A stretch of DNA of 64,000 nucleotides from Thermoproteota archaeon (GTDB lineage: Archaea > Thermoproteota > Thermoprotei > Thermofilales > B9-G17), in assembly GCA_029258885.1 (NCBI GenBank), contig JAPDJW010000009.1, positions 108,879 to 172,878 of the forward strand, given 5' to 3'. Below are positions 40,266-49,565 of this stretch, piece after piece. Position numbers and translations under genes: made by a program. The notes below the pieces were generated by a model that was not told the origin of the DNA, did not search any database, and saw only the letters and a list, made by a program, of their open reading frames with translations. Positions within the stretch are counted from its first letter, which is position 1; the number at the start of each line of letters is the position of its first letter.

Positions 40266-42107
40266 TTAGCTGAGGATTCTATTAGCCTTGAAGAGTCTAG
40301 TATAAGCTTTAATTTTTCTCAGTAGTATGCCTGCTATAGGACATACTTTAATACATTTTTCGCATTTAGAGCATTTATCTAGGTTTATTTGAAGATTTCT
40401 TCCCCTAAGGCTAATGCTTTTATTAGTACACACTTCTAGGCAGGCTCTGCATTGGATGCAGTAGTTGGCCATCCCATAGGCCTGTACTATTTTAGCTAAG
40501 AGTATTGGTAGGTATTTGGAGGATCCCATTATCTCTATTTTATTGCCCACCAACATTCCCTTGCATTTTCTATATGAAAGCTTATCTCCTCTAATCTCAA
40601 CTTTAAGTATATTGAGTATATCTCTAAATGATTCGGAGGGAGCACTTCTAAAGATTATAATTATTTCTCCCTTAGAGATTTTCAGGGAGAATATTTCTTC
40701 AATGCTTCTTTCAACTACCTTAGCCAGGTTTAAGCCTGTCCTTCTAGCGGTTTGCCATGCGTGAGGAGGATGCTTACACAGCCATCTCCATAAACCGTAG
40801 TCGATCCATCTTGAATCGATATTCCTCTCTCTACAGTGTTTTCTCAGTTTTTCAAGCCACCATCTATACTGTTGCCCATAAAACTCCTCTATCCTTCTGA
40901 AATCTACCATATGCAGTGTGGGACACATAAAGCACCCGATACGCGGTAGCCCCTTCGAGTAGAGTGGATTAACCTCGATCTTATTTAAGTAGAGATATGC
41001 GTATACGTCAAGCGTGGTCCAGTCGAGTATAGGCGACATAATGTACTTAGCTTTACCGGGAATATTCGATTTAGCGAAGTATCCTGCACGAGCTCTCTTA
41101 GGCGACTCGTACTTCCTCTGACCAGTAATAGACACTACATCCTCTAGCGGATATCTCTTTTTAAGGAAGCTATTTAATGGGAGTATCTTAAGAACTAGAG
41201 TACACCACCTGTTATCTCTAGCGGGAGGACCATGTCTTCTAAATATTTCCTCGAAAAACCTCCAGTTTGCATATACTTCATGTAGCTCAGCTCCTATCCT
41301 CGCCCCTATACGTCTAGAGTATTCAAGGGACATAGTAAACTCCAGTCCAGTATTACTTAAGACAGCCTCACATATCCCTGCCTCATACGCGATGGATAAA
41401 ACCGTAGTACTATCTTTCCCGCCCGAAAAATTTACGATAGGTTTTATCCCTCCTTTAGAACAGTATTTCTCGATTAGTTTAAGGGATTTCTCCTTAAGAA
41501 ACTCAACCCTACTCGAGAGATGTTTAAAAATCTCCGTAATGCTTCTCCCTACAGGCCGCTCTATCCGCTCCTTAGGCCACACTTCCTCTACAACTATATT
41601 TCTTCCAGATAAATGGAGAATACCGAAGGTTTTCCTAGCGGTAAAGGGCACGTATGCCTCTCCTTCAGGCAGATTCCCTTCTACGATGTCCACCCTACTT
41701 AGATATCTCCCTCTAGGATAATCGTCCTTAAGTTCAACGTAATACCCAAGCTTTTCCTCAGCTATGAGCCCCGCTACTCTACCCCAAGGCTTAACGATAA
41801 AATCCCTTCTAACACAATCATATTCAACTACTAAACCCTTCTCTCCCGTAATAACGACCTCATCAACGGAGTCCAAGTGATAGACTCTATTAAGTAGGAT
41901 GGGGTCTACGAGAACTTTACTATAATCACTAATTCCAAGCTTTTCCCTTAAGAGCCTCCTTAACAGCTCTACATCACATGGAAAAGCTGGCCTCGGATCA
42001 TAGGGTGGACTAACATTAACTGGTAAAGTTTTCTCACCACATAAAGGACAATAACTGGAGAAAACAGGCAAATTACAGCTTCGACACCACTTCAACTCCA
42101 GTTCCAC
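40266..42107 (-). CDS. PAPS-reductase-domain protein with N-terminal Zn ribbon and C-terminal 2x[4Fe-4S] ferredoxin domain
   Basis: WCRSC..CPLC, PP-loop FSGGKDS, RWCT, GQRKYESPKR, RIGCFMCP, CIQCRACLEVC and CSKCEKCIKVC. Confidence 0.85.
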   Translation of the reverse strand: MELELKWCRSCNLPVFSSYCPLCGEKTLPVNVSPPYDPRPAFPCDVELLRRLLREKLGISDYSKVLVDPILLNRVYHLDSVDEVVITGEKGLVVEYDCVRRDFIVKPWGRVAGLIAEEKLGYYVELKDDYPRGRYLSRVDIVEGNLPEGEAYVPFTARKTFGILHLSGRNIVVEEVWPKERIERPVGRSITEIFKHLSSRVEFLKEKSLKLIEKYCSKGGIKPIVNFSGGKDSTTVLSIAYEAGICEAVLSNTGLEFTMSLEYSRRIGARIGAELHEVYANWRFFEEIFRRHGPPARDNRWCTLVLKILPLNSFLKKRYPLEDVVSITGQRKYESPKRARAGYFAKSNIPGKAKYIMSPILDWTTLDVYAYLYLNKIEVNPLYSKGLPRIGCFMCPTLHMVDFRRIEEFYGQQYRWWLEKLRKHCRERNIDSRWIDYGLWRWLCKHPPHAWQTARRTGLNLAKVVERSIEEIFSLKISKGEIIIIFRSAPSESFRDILNILKVEIRGDKLSYRKCKGMLVGNKIEIMGSSKYLPILLAKIVQAYGMANYCIQCRACLEVCTNKSISLRGRNLQINLDKCSKCEKCIKVCPIAGILLRKIKAYTRLFKANRILS

Positions 42108-42333
42108 AAAAACCCCTCTTAAGCCTGAGAGTAGAATATATCCTATGTATCGATGACCTCCGTATCTTTTGTAATATTTCCTAAATAAGCTAGATTAGTT
42201 TTACTCTAGGAAGAACAGTATTTTCATAGAATTTCCATTCCCATACATTTTAGGTAGACTTTACCTAGATAGTTGTCACAAAATTACCTATGAAATTTGC
42301 CTAGAAGGTTATGCGACAGCTGTTGGATGAAAC

Positions 42334-43599
42334 TTAAATCCATCCTCTGAGCTTCATTGCCTCAACAACCCTGGATACAGCTATAGCGTATGCAGCTGTT
42401 CTCATAGGTTCATCACTGTACTTGCTTGTCCACTCACTATAGACGGTGTCGAAGTTCATACTCATTTTCTCGTCGAGGCGCTTAAGTGCGTCCTCATCCT
42501 TAAGCCAGCAGCCCATTTTATTGTGACACCACTCAATCCAGCTCATAATTACTCCGCCAGCGTTAGCCAGTATATCCGGTATATCCACAACTCCCTTTTC
42601 CTTAAGGATGATGTCTGCTTCAGGTGTAACCGGCCCATTAGCTCCCTCCGAGATTATCTTAGCCTTAATTCTGTCGGCGTTTTCCTCGGTAATTACGTTC
42701 TCTATTGCTGCTGGAATGAGAATATCGACATCCAGCTCCAGCAGCTCCCTATTTGAAATTTTCCTCCCTTCAGGATAATTTATAACGCTCCTAGTTTTCT
42801 CCTTAACCTCAACAAGTCTGTTAAAGTTCAGCCCATCAGGGTTGTATATCCCTCCCTTACTGTCGCTCACTGCAATGACCTTGGCGCCCCACTCAATAGC
42901 GTAATACATAGCCCATCTTCCCACGTTACCGAATCCCTGAATAGCTACAGTTTTGCCCTCAAATCCGCCTAAAACCTTCTTAGCGGCCTCTCTAGCAACC
43001 AATGCAACCCCGTATCCAGTGCTAGTAATCCTAGTCTTCAAACCCCCCAGCAGATATGGCTTAGCGGTAACAACCCCCCAGTCGTCGTATCCTACAATCT
43101 TACTATACTCATCGAGGAACCACGCCATAACCTGAGGATCCGTATAGACGTCAGGAGCAGGTATATCGATATCGCTTCCAACGAACCTAGCTATAGCCCT
43201 AAAATATCCTCTAGACAGCTCCTCCAGCTCCCTCCTCGATAACGCCTTAGGATTAACCCTAACTCCACCCTTACCTCCGCCATAGGGTAATCCAGCTAAA
43301 GCGTTCTTCCAAGTCATCCACATTGATAAAGCCACAACCTCTCCCACTGTAACTTCGGGATGGTACCTCACGCCGCCCTTATAGGGTCCAAGGGCACTAT
43401 TATGCTGACTCCTCCATCCAAGGAAAACCCTTATAGAGCCATCATCCATTTTAACTGGAATCTTAACTTGAATAAGCCGCTCGGGATGCATAAGCGCCTC
43501 GACAACCTCATCCTCAAGCCCCAGAATTCTGGCAACATTCCTAAGCTGTCTAACAGCCATACGGTAAACTTTCTCATCCATATATGGGGCATAACCCAT
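42334..43599 (-). CDS. gdhA: Glutamate dehydrogenase (Glu/Leu/Phe/Val dehydrogenase family)
   Basis: GPYKGGVRYHP, GGGKGG, DIPAPDV, IQGFGNVG, EGANGP, DILANAGGV. Confidence 0.96.
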   Translation of the reverse strand: MGYAPYMDEKVYRMAVRQLRNVARILGLEDEVVEALMHPERLIQVKIPVKMDDGSIRVFLGWRSQHNSALGPYKGGVRYHPEVTVGEVVALSMWMTWKNALAGLPYGGGKGGVRVNPKALSRRELEELSRGYFRAIARFVGSDIDIPAPDVYTDPQVMAWFLDEYSKIVGYDDWGVVTAKPYLLGGLKTRITSTGYGVALVAREAAKKVLGGFEGKTVAIQGFGNVGRWAMYYAIEWGAKVIAVSDSKGGIYNPDGLNFNRLVEVKEKTRSVINYPEGRKISNRELLELDVDILIPAAIENVITEENADRIKAKIISEGANGPVTPEADIILKEKGVVDIPDILANAGGVIMSWIEWCHNKMGCWLKDEDALKRLDEKMSMNFDTVYSEWTSKYSDEPMRTAAYAIAVSRVVEAMKLRGWI

Positions 43600-43634
43600 A
43601 TGGACACCTGAGAATGTAAAAACCTTAAGGATAT

Positions 43635-43796
43635 TTATCTTCTGCCATATATCATGTAGTTATAGAGTTGCCTCAGGTAGTTCCTTAAGCCTTGAATCTC
43701 CTTCTCTAAATTTGCTACCCTCTGCTCGAGGAGGACGATCCTCTCTCTAAGCTCAATGTAGTTCCTCCTAAGCTCCCTAATTTCCTCACTTGACAT
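43635..43796 (-). CDS. Small 53-aa leucine-zipper/coiled-coil protein (below ORF-track cutoff)
   Basis: Manual translation MSSEEIRELRRNYIELRERIVLLEQRVANLEKEIQGLRNYLRQLYNYMIYGRR; fills the gap between two minus-strand genes. Confidence 0.65.
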   Translation of the reverse strand: MSSEEIRELRRNYIELRERIVLLEQRVANLEKEIQGLRNYLRQLYNYMIYGRR

Positions 43797-43847
43797 GCTC
43801 ATCGCCAAGTTTTAAATAAGTATTTTATCGATAAAAATTTTAGTATT

Positions 43848-44321
43848 TTAAGTAGGCGGTGGAGGAGGTTGCATCCTATATATCAATCCAGTTATCTGAG
43901 TCTGCCACCACTCCGGATTACTAACACACTTCAAAACGATCTCATACACGTTTCTGCCACCCGTATCTATAAGCACGTCGCCATAGTTGAATATGCTCCC
44001 AGCAAGCCCTTTAACAACTTTAACGCCAGTAACCTGGCTGAGAATAACGTCATCAATAGTCTTCCTAATGGATCCGCGGATAAGCCTAACCCTAAAATTT
44101 GTCAAAACGTAGGTAGTCCTAGTACGTGAGGCTTCAGCATAAATAACCGGAATTATTGAAGCAAGAGCTAGGGAAAGTGCAAGAAGCTCCTTTTCAGAGA
44201 AGAGGTATATTAGAATGGCTGAGGCAAGTAGGAGCACGGTCAGGATATAGTATGGAATGTACTTAGCCCTGGACGGGTGAGCCTTAGCTATAATCCGCTC
44301 GCCCTGATACAGATCCCTCAA
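43848..44321 (-). CDS. Bacterial-type PH domain (bPH_2-like) membrane protein with C-terminal Pro5 tail
   Basis: 2 TM, TTYVLTNFRV..G, IFNYGDVLIDTGG; ends MQPPPPPT. Confidence 0.8.
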   Translation of the reverse strand: MRDLYQGERIIAKAHPSRAKYIPYYILTVLLLASAILIYLFSEKELLALSLALASIIPVIYAEASRTRTTYVLTNFRVRLIRGSIRKTIDDVILSQVTGVKVVKGLAGSIFNYGDVLIDTGGRNVYEIVLKCVSNPEWWQTQITGLIYRMQPPPPPT

Positions 44322-44546
44322 CTAATTCACCGTTATTTGAATTATTATTAATCCTAAATATTTTTAGGCATATAAAGGTAAGGCAAGGAGTAATACATTT
44401 GCTTAAACTAACGAAATATTTTAAGTATATAATTATATGATATGGCTTTACTATCTTTACATTTTGCTTAGGTAAACGGCAGATGGTTTAAAAGATATTT
44501 AAAGCTTATAACTATAGATACTTATATCGTTAGGCGAGTGATCTAA

Positions 44547-46271
44547 ATGGATATTTCAATAATTATTGGTGGTGAGGCTGGAGCTGGAGTAATGAGGAGC
44601 GGATATATTCTAGCTAGAGCCTTAGTTAGAGGAGGATTAAATGTATTCGGAATGAATGACTATCCTTCTCTAATAAGGGGTGGACACAATGCATACATGA
44701 TCCATGCAAGCGATAAGAGGATCCACGCCCATAGGGAGAACTTCGATATAGTGGTGGCGCTCAATGCCGAGACAATAACTAGATACGTTGATCAGCTAAC
44801 AGAGAACGCAGCCATAATATACGATCCAAAGGATAGAAGCTACGCTGAAAAACTATCCGATAAGGCATTGCTCGTAGAAATACCGATGATGGATATAGTT
44901 AAGGAGGAAAAGGCTAAGCCAGTTATGATGAATTCAGTGGCCATAGGGGCTGCAGCCGGACTAACGGAATACGACTACGAAATCCTGAAAAGCTCAATCC
45001 TAGACAGTTTCCCAAAGCCGGAGGTAGGAGAGATAAACGCTAGACTAGCGAAGAGAGGATACGATATAGCACTCGAGGAATATTCCTCAAAGTTCAAGAT
45101 TAAAGTGGCTCCACTGGAGAAAGATGGGAAGCAGATATACTTGACGGGCAATGAAGCCGTGGCTCTTGGAGCCATGCAGGCCGGTATGAAATTCTACGCG
45201 GCATATCCCATGACTCCTGCTTCACCTATACTCCACTTCCTAGCACTACATGGCCCAAAATATGGTATAGTCGTGGTACAGCCTGAGAGTGAGATAGCTG
45301 CAATAAACATGGTTATAGGGGCAGCCTACGCCGGAGTAAGGGCAATGACTGCAACGTCGGGCGGCGGCTTCTCCCTAATGACTGAGGCGCTTGGACTAGC
45401 TGCTATGAGTGAAACGCCCATAGTTGTAGCAATAGCTCAGAGGGTTGGGCCAAGTACTGGCATGCCCACATATACGGCTCAGACAGATCTAATGTTTGTT
45501 TTAAACGCCTCACAGGGAGAGTTCCCGAGATTCGTTATAGCTCCTGGAGACGTCAAAGAGTGTTTCTATAGAACTATCGAGGCGTTTAACTTAGCTGAAA
45601 AGTTCCAGGTTCCAGCAATAATACTAATCGATAAATACCTAGCTGAAAGCCATATGTCAACAGAAATATTCGATACATCGAACATTAAGATAGATAGAGG
45701 CGAGCTGATAACTGGCGAATATAAGGGCAAGGAATACAGGAGATACGAGGTAACAGAGACCGGTGTTTCTCCCAGAGCTATACCATCGACGAGAAACGCT
45801 ATTGTTAAGGCGAATAGCTCCGAACACACCGAGTATGGGTATGCTTCAAGCAACGCTTTAAATGCAGTTAAGATGCAGGAGAAGAGGTTCAGGAAGCTGA
45901 AGTATATGATCATGGAGATGGATAAGCTCAATCCCGCCATATACTATGGAGATCCCCAGGCCGAGCTGGTATTAATTGGATGGGGTTCAATCAAATGTCC
46001 GGTACTAGATGCACTGGAGATTTTGAAGAGCATGGATATTAGTGTAGGATTTCTACATTTCATATATTTATCTCCATTCCCCGCAAAATACGCGTTAAAG
46101 TACCTCAAGGATAGGAAGATAATGCTCGTCGAAAACACGTATACCGGACAGCTTGCAAATCTACTTAAGATGCATACGGGGCTGACCGTTGACTATAAGG
46201 TGTTGAGATACGATGGCAGGCCAATTAATCCATCCCAGATAGTAGAGAAGGTTTTCGAGGTGATCAGGTGA
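44547..46271 (+). CDS. korA: 2-oxoacid:ferredoxin oxidoreductase alpha subunit (gamma-alpha fusion)
   Basis: IGGEAGAGV, IRGGHN, AAYPMTPAS, ESEIAA, ATSGGGFSLM, QRVGPSTGMPT. Confidence 0.95.
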   Translation: MDISIIIGGEAGAGVMRSGYILARALVRGGLNVFGMNDYPSLIRGGHNAYMIHASDKRIHAHRENFDIVVALNAETITRYVDQLTENAAIIYDPKDRSYAEKLSDKALLVEIPMMDIVKEEKAKPVMMNSVAIGAAAGLTEYDYEILKSSILDSFPKPEVGEINARLAKRGYDIALEEYSSKFKIKVAPLEKDGKQIYLTGNEAVALGAMQAGMKFYAAYPMTPASPILHFLALHGPKYGIVVVQPESEIAAINMVIGAAYAGVRAMTATSGGGFSLMTEALGLAAMSETPIVVAIAQRVGPSTGMPTYTAQTDLMFVLNASQGEFPRFVIAPGDVKECFYRTIEAFNLAEKFQVPAIILIDKYLAESHMSTEIFDTSNIKIDRGELITGEYKGKEYRRYEVTETGVSPRAIPSTRNAIVKANSSEHTEYGYASSNALNAVKMQEKRFRKLKYMIMEMDKLNPAIYYGDPQAELVLIGWGSIKCPVLDALEILKSMDISVGFLHFIYLSPFPAKYALKYLKDRKIMLVENTYTGQLANLLKMHTGLTVDYKVLRYDGRPINPSQIVEKVFEVIR

Positions 46272-47119
46272 TGGTAACCATGAATCAGTTGAATACGAAG
46301 GCTAGAAACACGTGGTGTCCAGGCTGCGGAAACTTCGCCATATTAACAGCTCTCAAGAAGGCAATTGTCGAGCTGGATCTTAAGCCTGAAAACGTCGTCG
46401 TAGTTACGGGAATAGGATGCCATGGAAAACTTGGAGACTACATAAACGTAAACAGCTTCCACGTAATCCATGGAAGAGTATTGCCAGTAGCATCAGCCAT
46501 AAAGCTGGCTAACTACGAGCTAACAGTTATCGGACACGCTGGCGATGGAGATGCATATGCTATTGGTCTAGGCCATCTACCCCATGCAGCTAGGAGGAAC
46601 GTAGATATAGTATATATAGTCCACAACAACATGACCTTCGGATTAACTACTGGACAAGTTACCCCGACGACGCCCCGTGGATTAAAAACGAGATCTACTC
46701 CCTACGGAGTATTTGAGGACCCGATAAATCCAATAGCATTAGCCCTAGCCTGCGATGCAACGTTTGTTGCGCGTGGGTTCGCTGGAGATCTAAACCACTT
46801 AACATACCTAATTAAGGAGGCAATTAAACATAGGGGATTTGCTTTCATAGATGTGCTACAGCCATGTGTAACCTTCTACAACACCTACCAGTTCTTCAGG
46901 GAGAGGACGTACAGGCTTGAAGATGAGGGATGGGATCCAACGAATAAGGTTGAGGCATTTAAGAAGGCCTACGAGTGGGGGGATAGAATACCCATAGGAA
47001 TATTCTATCGTGTTGAAAAGCCGACGTTTAGGGATTCGATACCAGGCTATCCTAAGCAGCCATTAGTTAAGGAAGATCTTAAGATAGACCTAACAGATTT
47101 ACTTAATCTATTAACTTAA
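46268..47119 (+). CDS. korB: 2-oxoacid:ferredoxin oxidoreductase beta subunit
   Basis: WCPGCG, GIGCHG, HGRVLP, GDGD TPP motif, GLTTGQ, QPCVTF. Confidence 0.95.
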   Translation: MMVTMNQLNTKARNTWCPGCGNFAILTALKKAIVELDLKPENVVVVTGIGCHGKLGDYINVNSFHVIHGRVLPVASAIKLANYELTVIGHAGDGDAYAIGLGHLPHAARRNVDIVYIVHNNMTFGLTTGQVTPTTPRGLKTRSTPYGVFEDPINPIALALACDATFVARGFAGDLNHLTYLIKEAIKHRGFAFIDVLQPCVTFYNTYQFFRERTYRLEDEGWDPTNKVEAFKKAYEWGDRIPIGIFYRVEKPTFRDSIPGYPKQPLVKEDLKIDLTDLLNLLT

Positions 47120-47172
47120 ACAAGTTATTTTCAAAGTTTAGACTTAAATATTAATAGGTTTTTAAATATTAT

Positions 47173-47709
47173 ATGTCGGACAGGCATAGAATACCGCTTT
47201 TCATAGGTTTCCTGATAACTACGATAAATCAGGTATTTCTAGCTTCAATGTTCCTAGCTATGGTCTCGGTATACATTTACCCGTTAGGATGTATAGTTAG
47301 AGCTATCGGCTGGCTTATCCTAGGTGCCAAGGATAGGGCTTCAGCTATAGCATCAGGTCTAGCTATTCTATTCCTATTCCCTCTTGTCTATCTCTGTTTC
47401 CTTAAGCCCGAGTTAATATGGAGGACGCTTAGTATCGATAAAAGTAAGGTTGTGGGCTTTGCCCTCATCCTCTGGAGCATATATTCAACTATAGAACTAG
47501 TTAACTATATCCTCCTAGCCAGCTACACTAGGCTTTTTTATGTTTCAACGGTTAGCGCTATAAGTATAGTCTACGTAATAGCTAAGGTTCTCACCACAAC
47601 AATTAAGCTAGAGAACTTGGGTGAATTATATCCAGCAGTATTTCCTCTCCTCATTTCAGCATTAGCTTCATGTATAGGCTCCCTAAAAATACACAATAGG
47701 AATGATTGA
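47173..47709 (+). CDS. Hypothetical membrane protein (~6 TM)
   Basis: Hydrophobic 178-aa ORF overlapping the next start; no family recognised. Confidence 0.55.
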   Translation: MSDRHRIPLFIGFLITTINQVFLASMFLAMVSVYIYPLGCIVRAIGWLILGAKDRASAIASGLAILFLFPLVYLCFLKPELIWRTLSIDKSKVVGFALILWSIYSTIELVNYILLASYTRLFYVSTVSAISIVYVIAKVLTTTIKLENLGELYPAVFPLLISALASCIGSLKIHNRND

Positions 47710-48742
47710 AGTAAGGCCTGTATGGTTTGATTCGCTGGGAGCTAAGTCCTCCTGTACGCTAGTTAAGACACCGGATGTTAATATACTCATAGATCCCGGA
47801 GTAGCAATAATGCATTCATCCTTCCCAGCGTCGCCGGAGGATAAGGTGAGGTGGGTTAGGGAGGGCAGGGAGGAAATTAGAAGGGCTGCTGAAGAGGCTG
47901 ATGTAGTAGTTATTTCACACTACCACTACGACCACTTCACCGATTTCGATAAGGCACTATATGAGGGCAAGATAATCTTCGCCAAGAATCCAAATCAGTA
48001 CATAAATGACTCCCAGAGGAAGAGGGCATTAAGGTTCTATAGCAACCTATTCGAGGCGTTTGGCCTAAACCTGGAGGAGATGGTGCTTGAGCCCATCGAC
48101 GGTGGATGGAGAGACATAATTGATGATTTAAGGCATGCATTATCGCTCGACTATGGCGACTATTGGAGTAGAAAGGTGGAATTACTTGAAAAGGGTAGGA
48201 AGTGGTTTGAAAACAGGAGGGATAAATGGAGAACATACCATAGAATACCTGAAATAAATACAGAGAATTTCTCACTATACTTCACTGAGGGAAAGAGCTT
48301 TAAATTTGGGGAGACATGTATTTCATTTAAAGGCCCCCTATTTCATGGAATAGAATACTCCAGAGTTGGATGGGTATTCTCCACGGTTATAGAATATGGT
48401 GGATATAAGATCGTACATACAAGCGACCTAAACGGACCTATAATAGAGGACTACGCCGACTGGATAATAGAGGAACAGCCTAACATAATTATACTGGATG
48501 GCCCAATGACCTACATGCTGGGCTACATGCTAAACCGGATAAATCTGAGGAGAGCGATTGAAAACGCCAGGCGTATAGTGGAGGAGGTGGACTTCGACTT
48601 AATGATATACGACCACCACTTACCTAGGGAACCGAGATTTAGAGAGAGGACAAGCATTATCTGGAGGACTGCAGAGGATCTTAATAAGAAGGTTCTAACA
48701 GCCGCAGAATACCTGGGGAGAAAACCAGTAGTATTAATGTAA
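47702..48742 (+). CDS. UPF0282-like MBL-fold metallo-hydrolase
   Basis: FDSLGAKSSC, IDPG, ISHYHYDH, HG...RVGWV, HTSDL, DGP, DHH..R. Confidence 0.8.
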   Translation: MIEVRPVWFDSLGAKSSCTLVKTPDVNILIDPGVAIMHSSFPASPEDKVRWVREGREEIRRAAEEADVVVISHYHYDHFTDFDKALYEGKIIFAKNPNQYINDSQRKRALRFYSNLFEAFGLNLEEMVLEPIDGGWRDIIDDLRHALSLDYGDYWSRKVELLEKGRKWFENRRDKWRTYHRIPEINTENFSLYFTEGKSFKFGETCISFKGPLFHGIEYSRVGWVFSTVIEYGGYKIVHTSDLNGPIIEDYADWIIEEQPNIIILDGPMTYMLGYMLNRINLRRAIENARRIVEEVDFDLMIYDHHLPREPRFRERTSIIWRTAEDLNKKVLTAAEYLGRKPVVLM

Positions 48743-48750
48743 GTTGCCAA

Positions 48751-49182
48751 CTATGGTAAATTTCCTTTTAAGTACTCCTCCGGAGTTATTGTTTCAAATG
48801 AACCTCTACCTTGGAAATGCCTCTTATTCCATGTAATTAATGTATCAACATCATTTTCTTCCAATATCCATGCTATTTGTGCATCACTAAAACTCATTTG
48901 TCTAAGAATATAATCCAGCAGCTTTGATATATATGCTAGCTGAGAGTACCATTTTTTCCAAAAAAGAATTTCGAAGTCTCTCCTTCTATGCAATAGTAAG
49001 AATAATTGTCGTGCCTTCGTAGCATTTTGCGCTATAGCCATTAAACCCGTAAGTTCAAGTACGTTTACAATGGTGGTTGCTTTACTAATATCTGACTCGA
49101 TAATTGTCTTAGAGTATCTATAACGCTTATCCCACTTAAAGATAAAATATATTGCTAGTACATCGGTATCTAATGCTATCAC
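48751..49182 (-). CDS. vapC: PIN-domain (VapC-like) toxin
   Basis: IALDTDVL, LEL, DAQIA, LITWNKRHF acidic PIN motifs. Confidence 0.85.
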   Translation of the reverse strand: MIALDTDVLAIYFIFKWDKRYRYSKTIIESDISKATTIVNVLELTGLMAIAQNATKARQLFLLLHRRRDFEILFWKKWYSQLAYISKLLDYILRQMSFSDAQIAWILEENDVDTLITWNKRHFQGRGSFETITPEEYLKGNLP

Positions 49183-49505
49183 AGTTTCCTACCTCTAATT
49201 CTACCAATAATCTCATCTAATTCTATAGTATTAAAAAACTTCCTTAGATTTTCCTTGGCTTTTTCAATATCTATTTCAATAGTATCGCTAGGTCCTAGAT
49301 CTCTGTTTAATTTACCGGAACGATACGCTGCTATTACGAGATCTTCTCTGCTTAAGAGTAGGGAATAGTCTAGTAGCAGTCTCCTCAGGGATTCAGCTAC
49401 AGCCTCACTTCTAGACCTAAATATACCTAGCTCAATAAGCTTATCTAATTCCTCAATTATATTCTCCGAAACTCTAACCTGAAGCAGTACATTTTTCTTT
49501 TTCAT
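49179..49505 (-). CDS. Ribbon-helix-helix antitoxin (CopG/MetJ-like)
   Basis: LQVRVSENIIEELDKLIELGIFRSRSEAVAESL; 4-bp overlap with the PIN gene. Confidence 0.82.
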   Translation of the reverse strand: MKKKNVLLQVRVSENIIEELDKLIELGIFRSRSEAVAESLRRLLLDYSLLLSREDLVIAAYRSGKLNRDLGPSDTIEIDIEKAKENLRKFFNTIELDEIIGRIRGRKL

Positions 49506-49532
49506 ACATGTATGTTAAATAAATACATGTAT
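49503..49532. promoter_or_regulatory. Twin ATACATGTAT palindromes, candidate TA autoregulation operator
   Basis: Copies at 49504-49513 and 49523-49532, overlapping the antitoxin start and promoter. Confidence 0.6.
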
Positions 49533-49565
49533 AAATCTTTATGCTTGTGATTTTGATCAAATATT

